A DNA stretch of 64,000 nucleotides, from positions 26,758 to 90,757 of the IMG/VR virus record IMGVR_UViG_3300023202_000137. One strand, 5' to 3'. Of this stretch, positions 56,542 through 64,000 are shown piece by piece. The stretch is from a virus. Each line of letters begins with the position of its first letter. Position 1 is the first letter of the stretch. A program made the position numbers and the translations under genes. The notes beneath the pieces are model-generated. The model saw nothing but the letters and a program-made list of their open reading frames with translations. It did no database searches and was not told the DNA's origin.

Positions 56542-56766
56542 CTAGTCGATGCTGGGGCCGTAGGTGGTGCCCGCGAAAACTTCGTTGGGCCCAGGGCACT
56601 CAGCGTAGCGGTTGAATGCCTCAAGCTCGCGGCGCGCGTTGTAGCGAGCGAGGAACTCTTCGGCATCCGCCTGGTACTGGGAGCGGGACTTCATCGTGCC
56701 GTCCTGGTTGCGCTTGCTTTTCAGCTCCGCATCGGAGCGGGGGAGGGGGGAGCGGGGATCGATCAT
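56542..56766 (-). CDS. Hypothetical protein
   Basis: MIDPRSPL..., AAGGAAAG RBS. Confidence 0.5.
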   Translation of the reverse strand: MIDPRSPLPRSDAELKSKRNQDGTMKSRSQYQADAEEFLARYNARRELEAFNRYAECPGPNEVFAGTTYGPSID

Positions 56767-56783
56767 TTCTGCTTTCCTTTCCT

Positions 56784-57020
56784 TTACCACTCGATCAAAC
56801 GACCGACTTGCTTGCACTCTTCGAGAAGATTCCAGAAATCACCGGAAACGATTTCGTCACCCTCGATGCTGACTGTCACTTTTCCATCCACCAGCTCGGA
56901 ACCGATCTCGATATTCTCAACCGAAAGATCGATACCGAAATCTGATGCGAACGACTGCACCGCTTGCAGAACTTCGGGATTGCTCTTGAGGACTTCCACT
57001 TTCACTTGCCAACACTTCAT
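56784..57020 (-). CDS. Hypothetical protein
   Basis: 78 aa, GAGG RBS; first gene downstream of the AT-rich control region. Confidence 0.55.
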   Translation of the reverse strand: MKCWQVKVEVLKSNPEVLQAVQSFASDFGIDLSVENIEIGSELVDGKVTVSIEGDEIVSGDFWNLLEECKQVGRLIEW

Positions 57021-57125
57021 GCTGAAACCTCTACTTTTTTCTGAACCTTGACGACTTCACGAACAACCGGACGACCTGAATGACCCATGCTCATCAGAAT
57101 CATTGCCAGAACTGTTGCCGCGACC

Positions 57126-57164
57126 TTCATTGATAATGAATTTAACATATTCATTGAGAATGAA
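57126..57164. promoter_or_regulatory. Tandem palindromic operators flanking a probable leftward promoter
   Basis: TTCATT-GAT-AATGAA (57126-57140) and TTCATT-GAG-AATGAA (57150-57164); minus-strand TGTTAAATT (extended -10-like) between them. Confidence 0.7.
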
Positions 57165-57301
57165 CACGAAAAAGTGCACTCGGAAGTCGTTGAACTTAGT
57201 CAGAAAACTCGCACGCTCGAAAATTCGTGCGAATTCGTACGATTTTGGCTTGTGAGGGTACGAAAAAAGTTTGAAGTGACGTATTTTTGCCCAGATTGGC
57301 T

Positions 57302-58246
57302 CTAATCGTCGCTCTTGATGCCGTCGAGTTGTCGTTTTAGGGCTCGTTCGAGGGTCATTCCGACAAAAGCACGCATCGAGAGCCTCTTTTTTGATGCCAG
57401 GGCCTTCACTTTGGCGTGAAGTGCGGGCTCCATCCTTACTAAGGGGTAGTGCTTCGGCTTTTTTCGTTGCGTGACGGGCAATCGACGTTGCCGCCCGCGC
57501 ATTCCGAAGCTCGCGCCGCCGTTTCCGGTGCCGTGTGCGTAGATCGCGACTCGTTTGTTGGGTCGTTTCGCCTCATCGTGAATCCCGGAGCACAGCAAGC
57601 AGTTTGTGCACTCGACTTTTCTTGCTGGGTTGAGTGAATCGGCAGGGCACCAGCTAAATCCCTCGGGCACGTCGCGGTTATGAGGCAGAACTAGGAAGGG
57701 TCGCCACCCTCTTGACTCCGCTTCGACCACTTCCGCCTGCGATTCAACCGAGGCCATCAAGAAATCGCGGTAACTTTTTGCGAATCCTAACCGCCACTGG
57801 TGCGTGTAGCCGGTCCAGTCGGGGTTGCGCTTATCGATCAACCTTCGCCACACCTGCGAAGGCACCGCAACAGGGTCACCGTACGATCCTATGCGAATAT
57901 GCCTGCGTCGAAGGTACCGCCCATGCTTCTCGCGACTGTACTCCTCGAAGCGACCGTCTTTATACGCCTTCCAAACACCCTGCGGACCCCACCCAACGTT
58001 CACCAGACACAACCCATTGCCATCGACGAAACGAAACTGACAGTTTCCACACACTGAGAAGTCTTCCCCACCACGCAATGCCTCGACGGGAGAGATATCA
58101 GACCGCAAGATCCAAGTCTGAATCATCTTACCCGTCTTGTCGTTGACGCTGCTGCCCTGAAACCCGTTCGCAATCGCAACGATTGGCGCACCGTCCAGCT
58201 TGCTCGGACCTTCGTAAAGGACTGCGCCTATTCGAGCCGCAGTCAT
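57302..58246 (-). CDS. Gp88-like Cys-rich putative Fe-S/radical-SAM-related protein with C-terminal RHH-like segment
   Basis: N.KTG, CGNC...C, RIGSYGDP, GYTHQW, MASVES, CPA...CTNCLLC...HG; tail LVRMEPALHAKVKALA....SM. Confidence 0.6.
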   Translation of the reverse strand: MTAARIGAVLYEGPSKLDGAPIVAIANGFQGSSVNDKTGKMIQTWILRSDISPVEALRGGEDFSVCGNCQFRFVDGNGLCLVNVGWGPQGVWKAYKDGRFEEYSREKHGRYLRRRHIRIGSYGDPVAVPSQVWRRLIDKRNPDWTGYTHQWRLGFAKSYRDFLMASVESQAEVVEAESRGWRPFLVLPHNRDVPEGFSWCPADSLNPARKVECTNCLLCSGIHDEAKRPNKRVAIYAHGTGNGGASFGMRGRQRRLPVTQRKKPKHYPLVRMEPALHAKVKALASKKRLSMRAFVGMTLERALKRQLDGIKSDD

Positions 58247-58839
58247 GAGGGCAACGCCTGTTGCAGAGCTTGCTGCACCCGATGAAACTCGTTGGCATCA
58301 CCCCCATTGTCGGGATGATGCTCGCGTGACTTCCTCCGGTAGGCAGCGCGTATCTCATTGGGGGTTGCGCTGGAGTCGACGCCCAAAACTTCCGACCAAT
58401 GCGCCGCCCCAGACTCTCCCATGGCGGGCAGGGATTTCATCCCAATCATTGCGCGCTTCATTAGCTCGCTTGCACCAGAGCGCTCAATGCGTCGAAGCGA
58501 TTCCACCGTCAGGCCGATGGCTCGCAGGTTGTCGCGTACCTCTTCCCACTTGTCGCAGGCAATGACCTGCGAGTCGCGCTCAAAACGAAAGTAGACGGCC
58601 ACCCCTGGGTCAGCAATTTGCTTGCGGGCTGCGCTGGCGTAGGGGAGGCCATCGGTTTTTCGTACCGGAAGATTACTGCTCACCACGATGTCTGTTGCCC
58701 CCATCAGCTCCAGTTCATCTATCAAATGATCCATCGCCCGGTGGTAGCTGATTCGGTACGGCCCGCGACGGTAGTCCCTGGCGCGCGGCCACCCAACCGG
58801 CCACTCCAACGGGAACGACTTGTGCTCGTCTTGCTTCAT
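58243..58839 (-). CDS. Phage J-domain (DnaJ-like) protein
   Basis: PLEWPVGWPR N-terminus, DPGVAVYF, C-terminal VLGV...IRAAYR.....HPDNGG. Confidence 0.88.
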   Translation of the reverse strand: MKQDEHKSFPLEWPVGWPRARDYRRGPYRISYHRAMDHLIDELELMGATDIVVSSNLPVRKTDGLPYASAARKQIADPGVAVYFRFERDSQVIACDKWEEVRDNLRAIGLTVESLRRIERSGASELMKRAMIGMKSLPAMGESGAAHWSEVLGVDSSATPNEIRAAYRRKSREHHPDNGGDANEFHRVQQALQQALPS

Positions 58840-59087
58840 TTCTTCTGGTCCTTTCTCAGATTCTCAATTTCACTGAGTACCTGCCTGTAGCGTTCCGGTG
58901 TCCACCTTCGCTTACCGGTCTCCAGCATCGACAGGTGCGCGTTGGACATACCCGCACGCTTTGCAAACTTATTGAGCGAAACTCCGGTGGCCTCGCGCTT
59001 GCGGCGCACCTCGTTCCCAACAGCTTTGCTGTCGAGCACCACACCACTACCCCTGCAGGTGGGGCAGGCCACCAGGGGTTCAGTCAT
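58836..59087 (-). CDS. XRE HTH protein with N-terminal CxxCxGxG
   Basis: CPTCRGSG; REATGVSLNKFAKRAGMSNAHLSMLETGKR. Confidence 0.82.
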   Translation of the reverse strand: MTEPLVACPTCRGSGVVLDSKAVGNEVRRKREATGVSLNKFAKRAGMSNAHLSMLETGKRRWTPERYRQVLSEIENLRKDQKK

Positions 59088-59337
59088 CCTCTCGCAGCGG
59101 TTCTTCTGTTGGTGCGTTGCTCCCCTTCACGTCTCCGCACAGAGGACAGTTGAGAACGATCCCGTCCCTCGTGATCGTCACCGCCCCTTGGCATTCGTGG
59201 CTCCCCTTCTTCTTGGCGCAGTGCATTCGGCGGATGGTCTGATACGTGTACGTCTCTTTGGGGGTGAGAACCTTGTCGATGCGCGACACTACAGCCGCAC
59301 CCTTTGCGAGCGCCCGCTCAACGAATGTCTTCGCCAT
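59080..59337 (-). CDS. Small Cys-containing hypothetical protein
   Basis: MAKTFVER..., C...HEC...CPLC. Confidence 0.5.
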   Translation of the reverse strand: MAKTFVERALAKGAAVVSRIDKVLTPKETYTYQTIRRMHCAKKKGSHECQGAVTITRDGIVLNCPLCGDVKGSNAPTEEPLREDD

Positions 59338-59602
59338 CTTTGAACCCCGGAAGAAACTGCACGCCGAACGTATGGACAACGGCAGGTCGCCACACAAAGC
59401 CGCAGTGCTGGCATGCGTGGGTGTGGTGTTGCTGAGTTGCGAAGTCTCCCTGGTCGATGTGGCGCTCCCCGCAGCTCGGGCAGTGGAGGATCATGGGAAT
59501 GGCATCGGGGCTCGAATCGCCCTGCATCTCTGCCAGCGTCAGCTTTTCAAGCGCAATCTCCAGTCGGTCGAATGGCCCCGCTGTTGATGTGTCGCAACGC
59601 AT
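59318..59602 (-). CDS. Zn-ribbon phage protein
   Basis: LHCPSCGERHID...HHTHACQHCGFVWRPA. Confidence 0.6.
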   Translation of the reverse strand: MRCDTSTAGPFDRLEIALEKLTLAEMQGDSSPDAIPMILHCPSCGERHIDQGDFATQQHHTHACQHCGFVWRPAVVHTFGVQFLPGFKDGEDIR

Positions 59603-59688
59603 CGCCGCAGATACGCAGTCACCTCCTCACCTAGCCCGTCGCGTTCGCGTTGCTTGGTTGCAGTGAAAACTTTTACGGTGTCAAACAT
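59539..59688 (-). CDS. Small protein resembling the N-terminus of a myxobacterial family (possibly truncated)
   Basis: MFDTVKVFTATKQRERDGLGEEVTAYLR with AGGAG RBS. Confidence 0.5.
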   Translation of the reverse strand: MFDTVKVFTATKQRERDGLGEEVTAYLRRCVATHQQRGHSTDWRLRLKS

Positions 59689-60191
59689 AAGATCTCCTGT
59701 TTGTGAAAATGAAAATGCGTCAGCCAGGCATCGAGCACTTGCCCGACCGGCCATGGCTCACGAGCAATGATTTCCCATTCCCAATGCTCATCGTACTCAC
59801 CCCAGTAATCGACAGACCAATCGTACTCGGCCTCCACCTGAAACGGCTGCTCAGGGGCGATGCCATTCTGCAGCATGAAGGTTTCCGGGTCGTAGTCTTT
59901 GCGCCAATCGTCGAGGTTGAGAATGCTGCTGAGCCCGTACGCCTCCATCGCAAAGGTTAAGAGGTGGTCGGGGTGCGGGGGGTCGCTATCCAATTCCAAG
60001 CACAGCTCCCCTTCGTACCACTCGAAGCGAAGCCAGACCCTGCAGGTGCAGCGACCGAAGCCCCTGCTCCTGCGCACTGGCTGCGGGTAGAACGAGGTTG
60101 GTGTTGCAAAGAACCTAGGCCCCTTGCGCGCCTCTTCCTCCATACGATCGAATTCACTCTGTTCGGTTATTTTCTCGGTTATGTCAGGCAT
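59673..60191 (-). CDS. Hypothetical protein
   Basis: 172-aa acidic, Trp-rich ORF. Confidence 0.55.
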   Translation of the reverse strand: MPDITEKITEQSEFDRMEEEARKGPRFFATPTSFYPQPVRRSRGFGRCTCRVWLRFEWYEGELCLELDSDPPHPDHLLTFAMEAYGLSSILNLDDWRKDYDPETFMLQNGIAPEQPFQVEAEYDWSVDYWGEYDEHWEWEIIAREPWPVGQVLDAWLTHFHFHKQEILCLTP

Positions 60192-60207
60192 GGTACGTGC
60201 TCGGCCT

Positions 60208-60432
60208 CTACCAATCTTGCTCCGCTACTCTCTCGATAAGTTCGATCTCGCCATCTGGCTTCCGGCGCGCTCGGAAATATGCCTTGGGCGCCGACCCCAC
60301 CTCCGCTCGAAGGTCCTGCGGTGCATCCACCAAGGTTTCCCACTCCCGGCTATGGTCGTAGATCAACCACGCTGCCCTGTCGTCCCCTTGCGGATACAGC
60401 GGTTGCTGCACCTTCACTATTCGAGTGCTCAT
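60208..60432 (-). CDS. Hypothetical protein
   Basis: IVKVQ.PL...LIYD..R...KAYF.A...QDW. Confidence 0.6.
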   Translation of the reverse strand: MSTRIVKVQQPLYPQGDDRAAWLIYDHSREWETLVDAPQDLRAEVGSAPKAYFRARRKPDGEIELIERVAEQDW

Positions 60433-60435
60433 CTT

Positions 60436-60780
60436 TCACGTCCGTCCCTTGTGGTGCTGCAGAAATTCTCCCGCTGACCCAAACACCGATTCCAGGTCGG
60501 CCTCTTTCACGCGGCGGATGCGCGGGTCCCGAGGCAGCTTGCAGACATTTCGCCTGTACTGCGCGAGCCCGTAGCATTGATGAAACTCTCCGGAGGGGTA
60601 CTTGGTGGTGTGGCACTCCGCAGTCCCATCCTCGTGGGCAAGAACAATCCACTGGTCGGCTGTCAGTCCACCAAGCCAGCCAGGAAGAGCGCGCCGCGCC
60701 CACGGACAATCGCTGCACGGGGCTCGCAAGTCTGTTTTACGAGTGCGTGCTTCTGCTGCGATGATTACTTGCTTACCCAT
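60436..60780 (-). CDS. Cys/His-rich protein (DUF6283-like)
   Basis: PCSDCPW.R...GW...CH...C.G. Confidence 0.55.
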   Translation of the reverse strand: MGKQVIIAAEARTRKTDLRAPCSDCPWARRALPGWLGGLTADQWIVLAHEDGTAECHTTKYPSGEFHQCYGLAQYRRNVCKLPRDPRIRRVKEADLESVFGSAGEFLQHHKGRT

Positions 60781-61108
60781 TCTTCACCCACACAGTGGCC
60801 TTGCGACCTGTTGCAGTTTTGCGCGTCGTTCCTGAATCCTTGATGAACCCTGCAGACTCTAGCTCCCGTCGCCGTGGCCGCTCGGTGTTCCCTTCCATCC
60901 CTAGCCGGTCTTGGATTTCTTGGTCGGTCAGTCCGTGGGGGCCAGCGGCTTCAATTGCATCGAGCACTTTTCGTCGAAGCGTTGCAGCGTTTGGTTTGAT
61001 GGCCTTGGCAGCGTCGATGGATGTTTTACGATCTTGATGGGGTGGGGTGCCGCCGTAGTAGCTGCCGTACTCCCCGAACCCGAACCCCAGTTGCCTCTCC
61101 TTTGTCAT
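60773..61108 (-). CDS. Winged-helix DNA-binding protein
   Basis: TS..AA...VL..I...G..GLTD.EI...L.......RPRR.EL...G.I.DSG..R.T..GR.A.VW; start set at ATG 61108. Confidence 0.75.
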   Translation of the reverse strand: MTKERQLGFGFGEYGSYYGGTPPHQDRKTSIDAAKAIKPNAATLRRKVLDAIEAAGPHGLTDQEIQDRLGMEGNTERPRRRELESAGFIKDSGTTRKTATGRKATVWVKNG

Positions 61109-61160
61109 CGCCGTCCCTTGGCGGGTGCGTTCAGACCCACGCGACCTGAACGCACCCTTC

Positions 61161-61488
61161 CCGTTGGTAGACATTTAGAGGGGTCCGTCTTGAACGGGTG
61201 AAGCCATCCAGACCCACAATCGGCCCACCACTCCGAACCCCGGGGGTGAACCCGGTTTGCCGTTGGCGTCTGCCTCGTGTCAGGCACGGCCCGGTCCTGC
61301 AGCACCCTATGCTTGGGGACCCATGCTGAAGGCCACCCCCTCGCTTGGTGGGCTGGAGCGTAGAGCTTTGCCGCCGCTCGGACGGCAGCCTCGACCACAG
61401 ACCCCTCGGGGCTTTCGACCCCGCGCTCAGTTTTGAGTAAAGCCAGGGTTGCACGCCCTTTCTCTCCTCCTGGTCTGCTCCCAACCGG
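61161..61488 (-). ncRNA. Candidate large structured non-coding RNA (about 330 nt)
   Basis: Intergenic. The 5' and 3' ends pair, there is a nested 11-bp long-range helix, G-U pairs work on the minus strand, and several hairpins include a GAAA tetraloop. Confidence 0.6.
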
Positions 61489-61492
61489 TGCA

Positions 61493-61753
61493 TCAGTTGT
61501 TGCCCTCAATTCCGCTCGCTTCTTCTGCAGGGGTGTCGTCGGTTAGTTGGTCATCGGGTTCATCCCACGTGAATGTCACGATGCCATCGAGGGCTAGCGT
61601 CTGCAGTGGGTGCCCCTCTTCTCTGTCTCCTCGATCTCCGTACTCGATGTCGCACTCTTTGAACATCGGCAGGCCCTTCACCTGCCCAGCCCCGGTGGTG
61701 AGCAGCTCGAACACAGTCATGGATACTTCGTGGGTGGTTTTCTTACTGGCCAT
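61493..61753 (-). CDS. Hypothetical protein
   Basis: 86-aa acidic ORF. Confidence 0.55.
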   Translation of the reverse strand: MASKKTTHEVSMTVFELLTTGAGQVKGLPMFKECDIEYGDRGDREEGHPLQTLALDGIVTFTWDEPDDQLTDDTPAEEASGIEGNN

Positions 61754-61754
61754 T

Positions 61755-61976
61755 TCAACTCACTTTCTCGCGCTCCAAAACAAAGAGCCCGATGGCTGCA
61801 ATGCAGGGGCACACTTTTGTTTCCCCACGGTCTTTCTCATCACAGGTTTGGATTTGCTCCGCGAGATATTTGAGGGAGCCGTGGAGCTTCTTGTAGGCCT
61901 GCTCACCCTCACGCTCGACGAGGGCTCGGCAGGCGTCGTCGAACTGCTCGACCATGATGTCCTGCACCGTTTTCAA
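61755..61976 (-). CDS. Hypothetical protein
   Basis: 73 aa, coupled; GAGG RBS. Confidence 0.5.
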   Translation of the reverse strand: MKTVQDIMVEQFDDACRALVEREGEQAYKKLHGSLKYLAEQIQTCDEKDRGETKVCPCIAAIGLFVLEREKVS

Positions 61977-62185
61977 AATGCCACCTCGGGCCGAATCGAA
62001 ACAACGTTGGCCGCCTTCGGTCGAATGATGAGCGACCCGGTGCTACCCAGAACCACAAGCGCCCCATCCTCCTGGTAAAGCTCCAGCCTTTGCTCTGGCC
62101 CCAACTGAATTCGAAACCGCTCCCCCTCCACAGGTCGCGCGACCGGCTGGCCGAGATCATCGAGGTCCATTCGAGTGACGTGCAT
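61973..62185 (-). CDS. Hypothetical protein
   Basis: 70 aa, L.IRP.AANVV.I motif. Confidence 0.5.
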   Translation of the reverse strand: MHVTRMDLDDLGQPVARPVEGERFRIQLGPEQRLELYQEDGALVVLGSTGSLIIRPKAANVVSIRPEVAF

Positions 62186-62260
62186 GCTGCCCCCTGTTCA
62201 AAAACGTTCACTGGGTTGTGAATGTTTCGAGAACCTATCTACGCGGTGGCATGCGTAGGG

Positions 62261-62746
62261 TCAAGCGGAAACTCGCCGACGTTTGAGTAAGTCGCGGACT
62301 TCTTCGAGTGCTCGTTTTCCGTCTTCGATATCCGACTTCGAGAAGTCTGCTGGCAGGGGCTCAATGCCCTTGAAGGCGAGCCAGTATGCCACGGCATAGG
62401 GTCGGACCAGCGGGGCTTTGAGGGAGGCCTTAGAGAGCACGAGGGCGCATTCTACATCGGTGGGATGACTGGTGCCTTTCAAGATCTGTGCGAGCTTCTC
62501 CCGGACCCATGCCCGATAAACCTTAGCTGAAAGGTCGAGCAGAAAGACGGGAGGCCTGAGAGACCCCATCACGTCCTCGGGGAGCCCTGCGACCCCTTCG
62601 ACTTCCTCACAGGCCACCTCATGCAGAATACTCGTCCGCTCGATGAGCTGGGCCACGCTGGCGAGGCGCTTACCGAGTACGGCATCCACAGCAGCTACGC
62701 GCTCCACTATCTCCCGGGATACAAGTCCATCACCCTGTCTGGTCAT
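62261..62746 (-). CDS. Hypothetical protein
   Basis: 161 aa, AAGGGGA RBS; VYRA..RE, PT..E, ASL.APL motifs. Confidence 0.55.
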   Translation of the reverse strand: MTRQGDGLVSREIVERVAAVDAVLGKRLASVAQLIERTSILHEVACEEVEGVAGLPEDVMGSLRPPVFLLDLSAKVYRAWVREKLAQILKGTSHPTDVECALVLSKASLKAPLVRPYAVAYWLAFKGIEPLPADFSKSDIEDGKRALEEVRDLLKRRRVSA

Positions 62747-63618
62747 CCATCCCCTTTACCAGCGGGTCGCGCGACCCGTCCAGAAAAAAACAGGGGTGGC
62801 GAGCCCCGGGGGGTGGTAAGCCCCGCACGCCAAATCTCCCGCTTCGGATGGTCGTGTTTGCCTTGTTGTGCGGCCTAGCTGGCCGCTGGGAGTCTATGGG
62901 AAAATGGGGCCCCGCAAGGCGGCGTCTTGCGGGGGATACTCCAGGCCCGGTGGTGTGGCGTCACCGAACCTGGAGTCAGAAACCTGGGGCAATCCGCGTC
63001 AACACCTTCGAGATTACCTGACAGGGGCGACAAAAAAAAGACGAACGGTCGTTTCTCAAGCCAAAACTCACCCCGCCAATTTGCAGGTTGGGGGACTCCC
63101 GGATATCCACGGTGGGCTGCGCTCTCGAATAGCTTGAGCCTAGAGTCTGCTGTTGGGTTGTACCCTGGGGGAGTAATGCCCGGTCCCCGCATCCTATGTC
63201 GGGCTCGCTCCGAAACCACGCGCAGCAGGTCCCTTTTTTTTTGGATTTTTACGGCGGGGGTGGTCGATCGAATTCGAGACCCTTTACTGAGCGCGTAAGC
63301 TGGGGGGTGGGCGCCCTAGCCCACAGGCCCCTACACCAGCCGAATTTTGCACCCCCCCCTCCCCTTTCGCGCGCGTGTCGTGTCCTGGGTGGTGGTGGGT
63401 GGAGGGGTAAAGATCTTTGCCGCTCCATACGAAACCTTATGATTGCGCGGGTGGCTGCATGGTTTGGCGTGCGAGTAGTGGGCAAGTGTGCAATCACGCG
63501 CATAGAACCCCCGAGAAATGAGAGACCCTAGTGCGCGGTCGGGTGCGTACGTAGCGTGCGCGTGTATGCCCTGCATGCCGTGCACGCTAGGTGCAGGGCG
63601 GTACTGCGTACGGTTTTT
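62747..63618. other. Long non-coding region rich in inverted repeats and homopolymer tracts (possible packaging/terminus or control region)
   Basis: About 870 nt without a convincing ORF; multiple hairpins and A/T/C/G runs; directly downstream of the putative terS. Confidence 0.45.
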
Positions 63619-64000
63619 CTACTTGGCTAACGAGTCGAGTGTTTCCTTTGCAGCCTCTAGCACGTCTAGCATGGCCTGTTTCTTTTCGTCGAAGGTTCCT
63701 TTGATCACTTCAGCGCGCTGGGTTGCGTTGCCTGTCATCAGTTGGCGCTTGTCGGTGAAGATGCCGAACAGAATACCGAATTGGCTGGCGTTCTTGTCGT
63801 TGAGCGAGAGACGGCCAGACTCAACAGCAGAGCGAAACTCACGGGCCATTCCCATCAGCCCCGCGTCTACCTCGTCAACGATGAGCTGGCGGCGCTTTGT
63901 GCGGGCGCGCTCCAGGGCGGCGGGGGAATCCCTCAGCACACTGGCCACCGTACCAACCCCAACACCCAGTGCATTCGCGACCCCACGGTAATCGAGTTGC
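63619..64000 (-). CDS. Putative terminase small subunit (5' end outside the window)
   Basis: Frame open to the right edge. HTH (YRGVANALGVGVGTVASVLR) then GILFGIFTDKRQLMTGNAT, a GI..DK..L..G..T pattern I recall from putative small terminases. Confidence 0.6.
   Translation of the reverse strand, partial: QLDYRGVANALGVGVGTVASVLRDSPAALERARTKRRQLIVDEVDAGLMGMAREFRSAVESGRLSLNDKNASQFGILFGIFTDKRQLMTGNATQRAEVIKGTFDEKKQAMLDVLEAAKETLDSLAK

Noticed and set aside
61161-61488. tmRNA, RNase P, SRP RNA or self-splicing intron identity
   Set aside because: No tRNA-like acceptor end, GAGGAAAGUCC, SRP loop or intron core motifs were recognised, and the element does not interrupt a gene.
62875-63585. ORFs in the right-hand gap
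   Set aside because: Low-complexity translations across homopolymer runs, without RBS or family motifs.
1-64000. CRISPR array, tRNA, rRNA, integrase/transposase
   Set aside because: No spaced direct repeats, cloverleafs or recombinase motifs were recognised by eye; a tRNAscan run would be needed to exclude tRNAs firmly.
1-64000. Stop-codon reassignment
   Set aside because: TAG, TGA and TAA all end well-defined genes and the standard code gives dense, intact ORFs.

Overview
The window is a continuous 64 kb segment of a tailed phage or prophage with a contractile (myovirus-type) tail. Almost all genes are on the minus strand. Read right to left it contains: a partial putative small terminase; a long non-coding structured region; a string of small early/accessory genes (HTH regulators, J-domain protein, Gp88-like Fe-S protein, MT-A70 methylase, Nudix, YkgJ, a scrambled DUF5131 pseudogene); then the complete virion operon (putative head fibres, portal, MuF, scaffolds, XkdF-type protease, major capsid, neck, sheath, tube, frameshifting chaperone, tape measure, baseplate, tail fibre); small membrane/lysis-type genes; and finally the large terminase, which runs off the left edge. 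No replication, integrase, endolysin, tRNA or CRISPR features were recognised. A myxobacterial host is my inference from recalled gene content. Main highlights: (1) a translationally coupled cassette inside the head module, encoding a LOG/SLOG hydrolase, a divergent FolE2 GTP cyclohydrolase, a GtrA-like membrane protein, a sulfite-oxidase-family molybdoenzyme and a TGT/DpdA-like base-exchange domain. It suggests an undescribed nucleobase-modification pathway. (2) The TGT-like domain is the N-terminus of a 1758-aa multidomain protein ending in the prohead protease and also carrying HiPIP-like, ASCH-like, nucleotidyltransferase, LigD-phosphoesterase-like and degenerate ligase domains. (3) A roughly 330-nt, end-paired, multibranched candidate ncRNA. 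(4) A stand-alone MshEN-like (c-di-GMP-binding) protein among the membrane genes. (5) A repeated intergenic motif AACAGGTAC(A/G)G. All family assignments come from motif recognition by eye; no database search was run.
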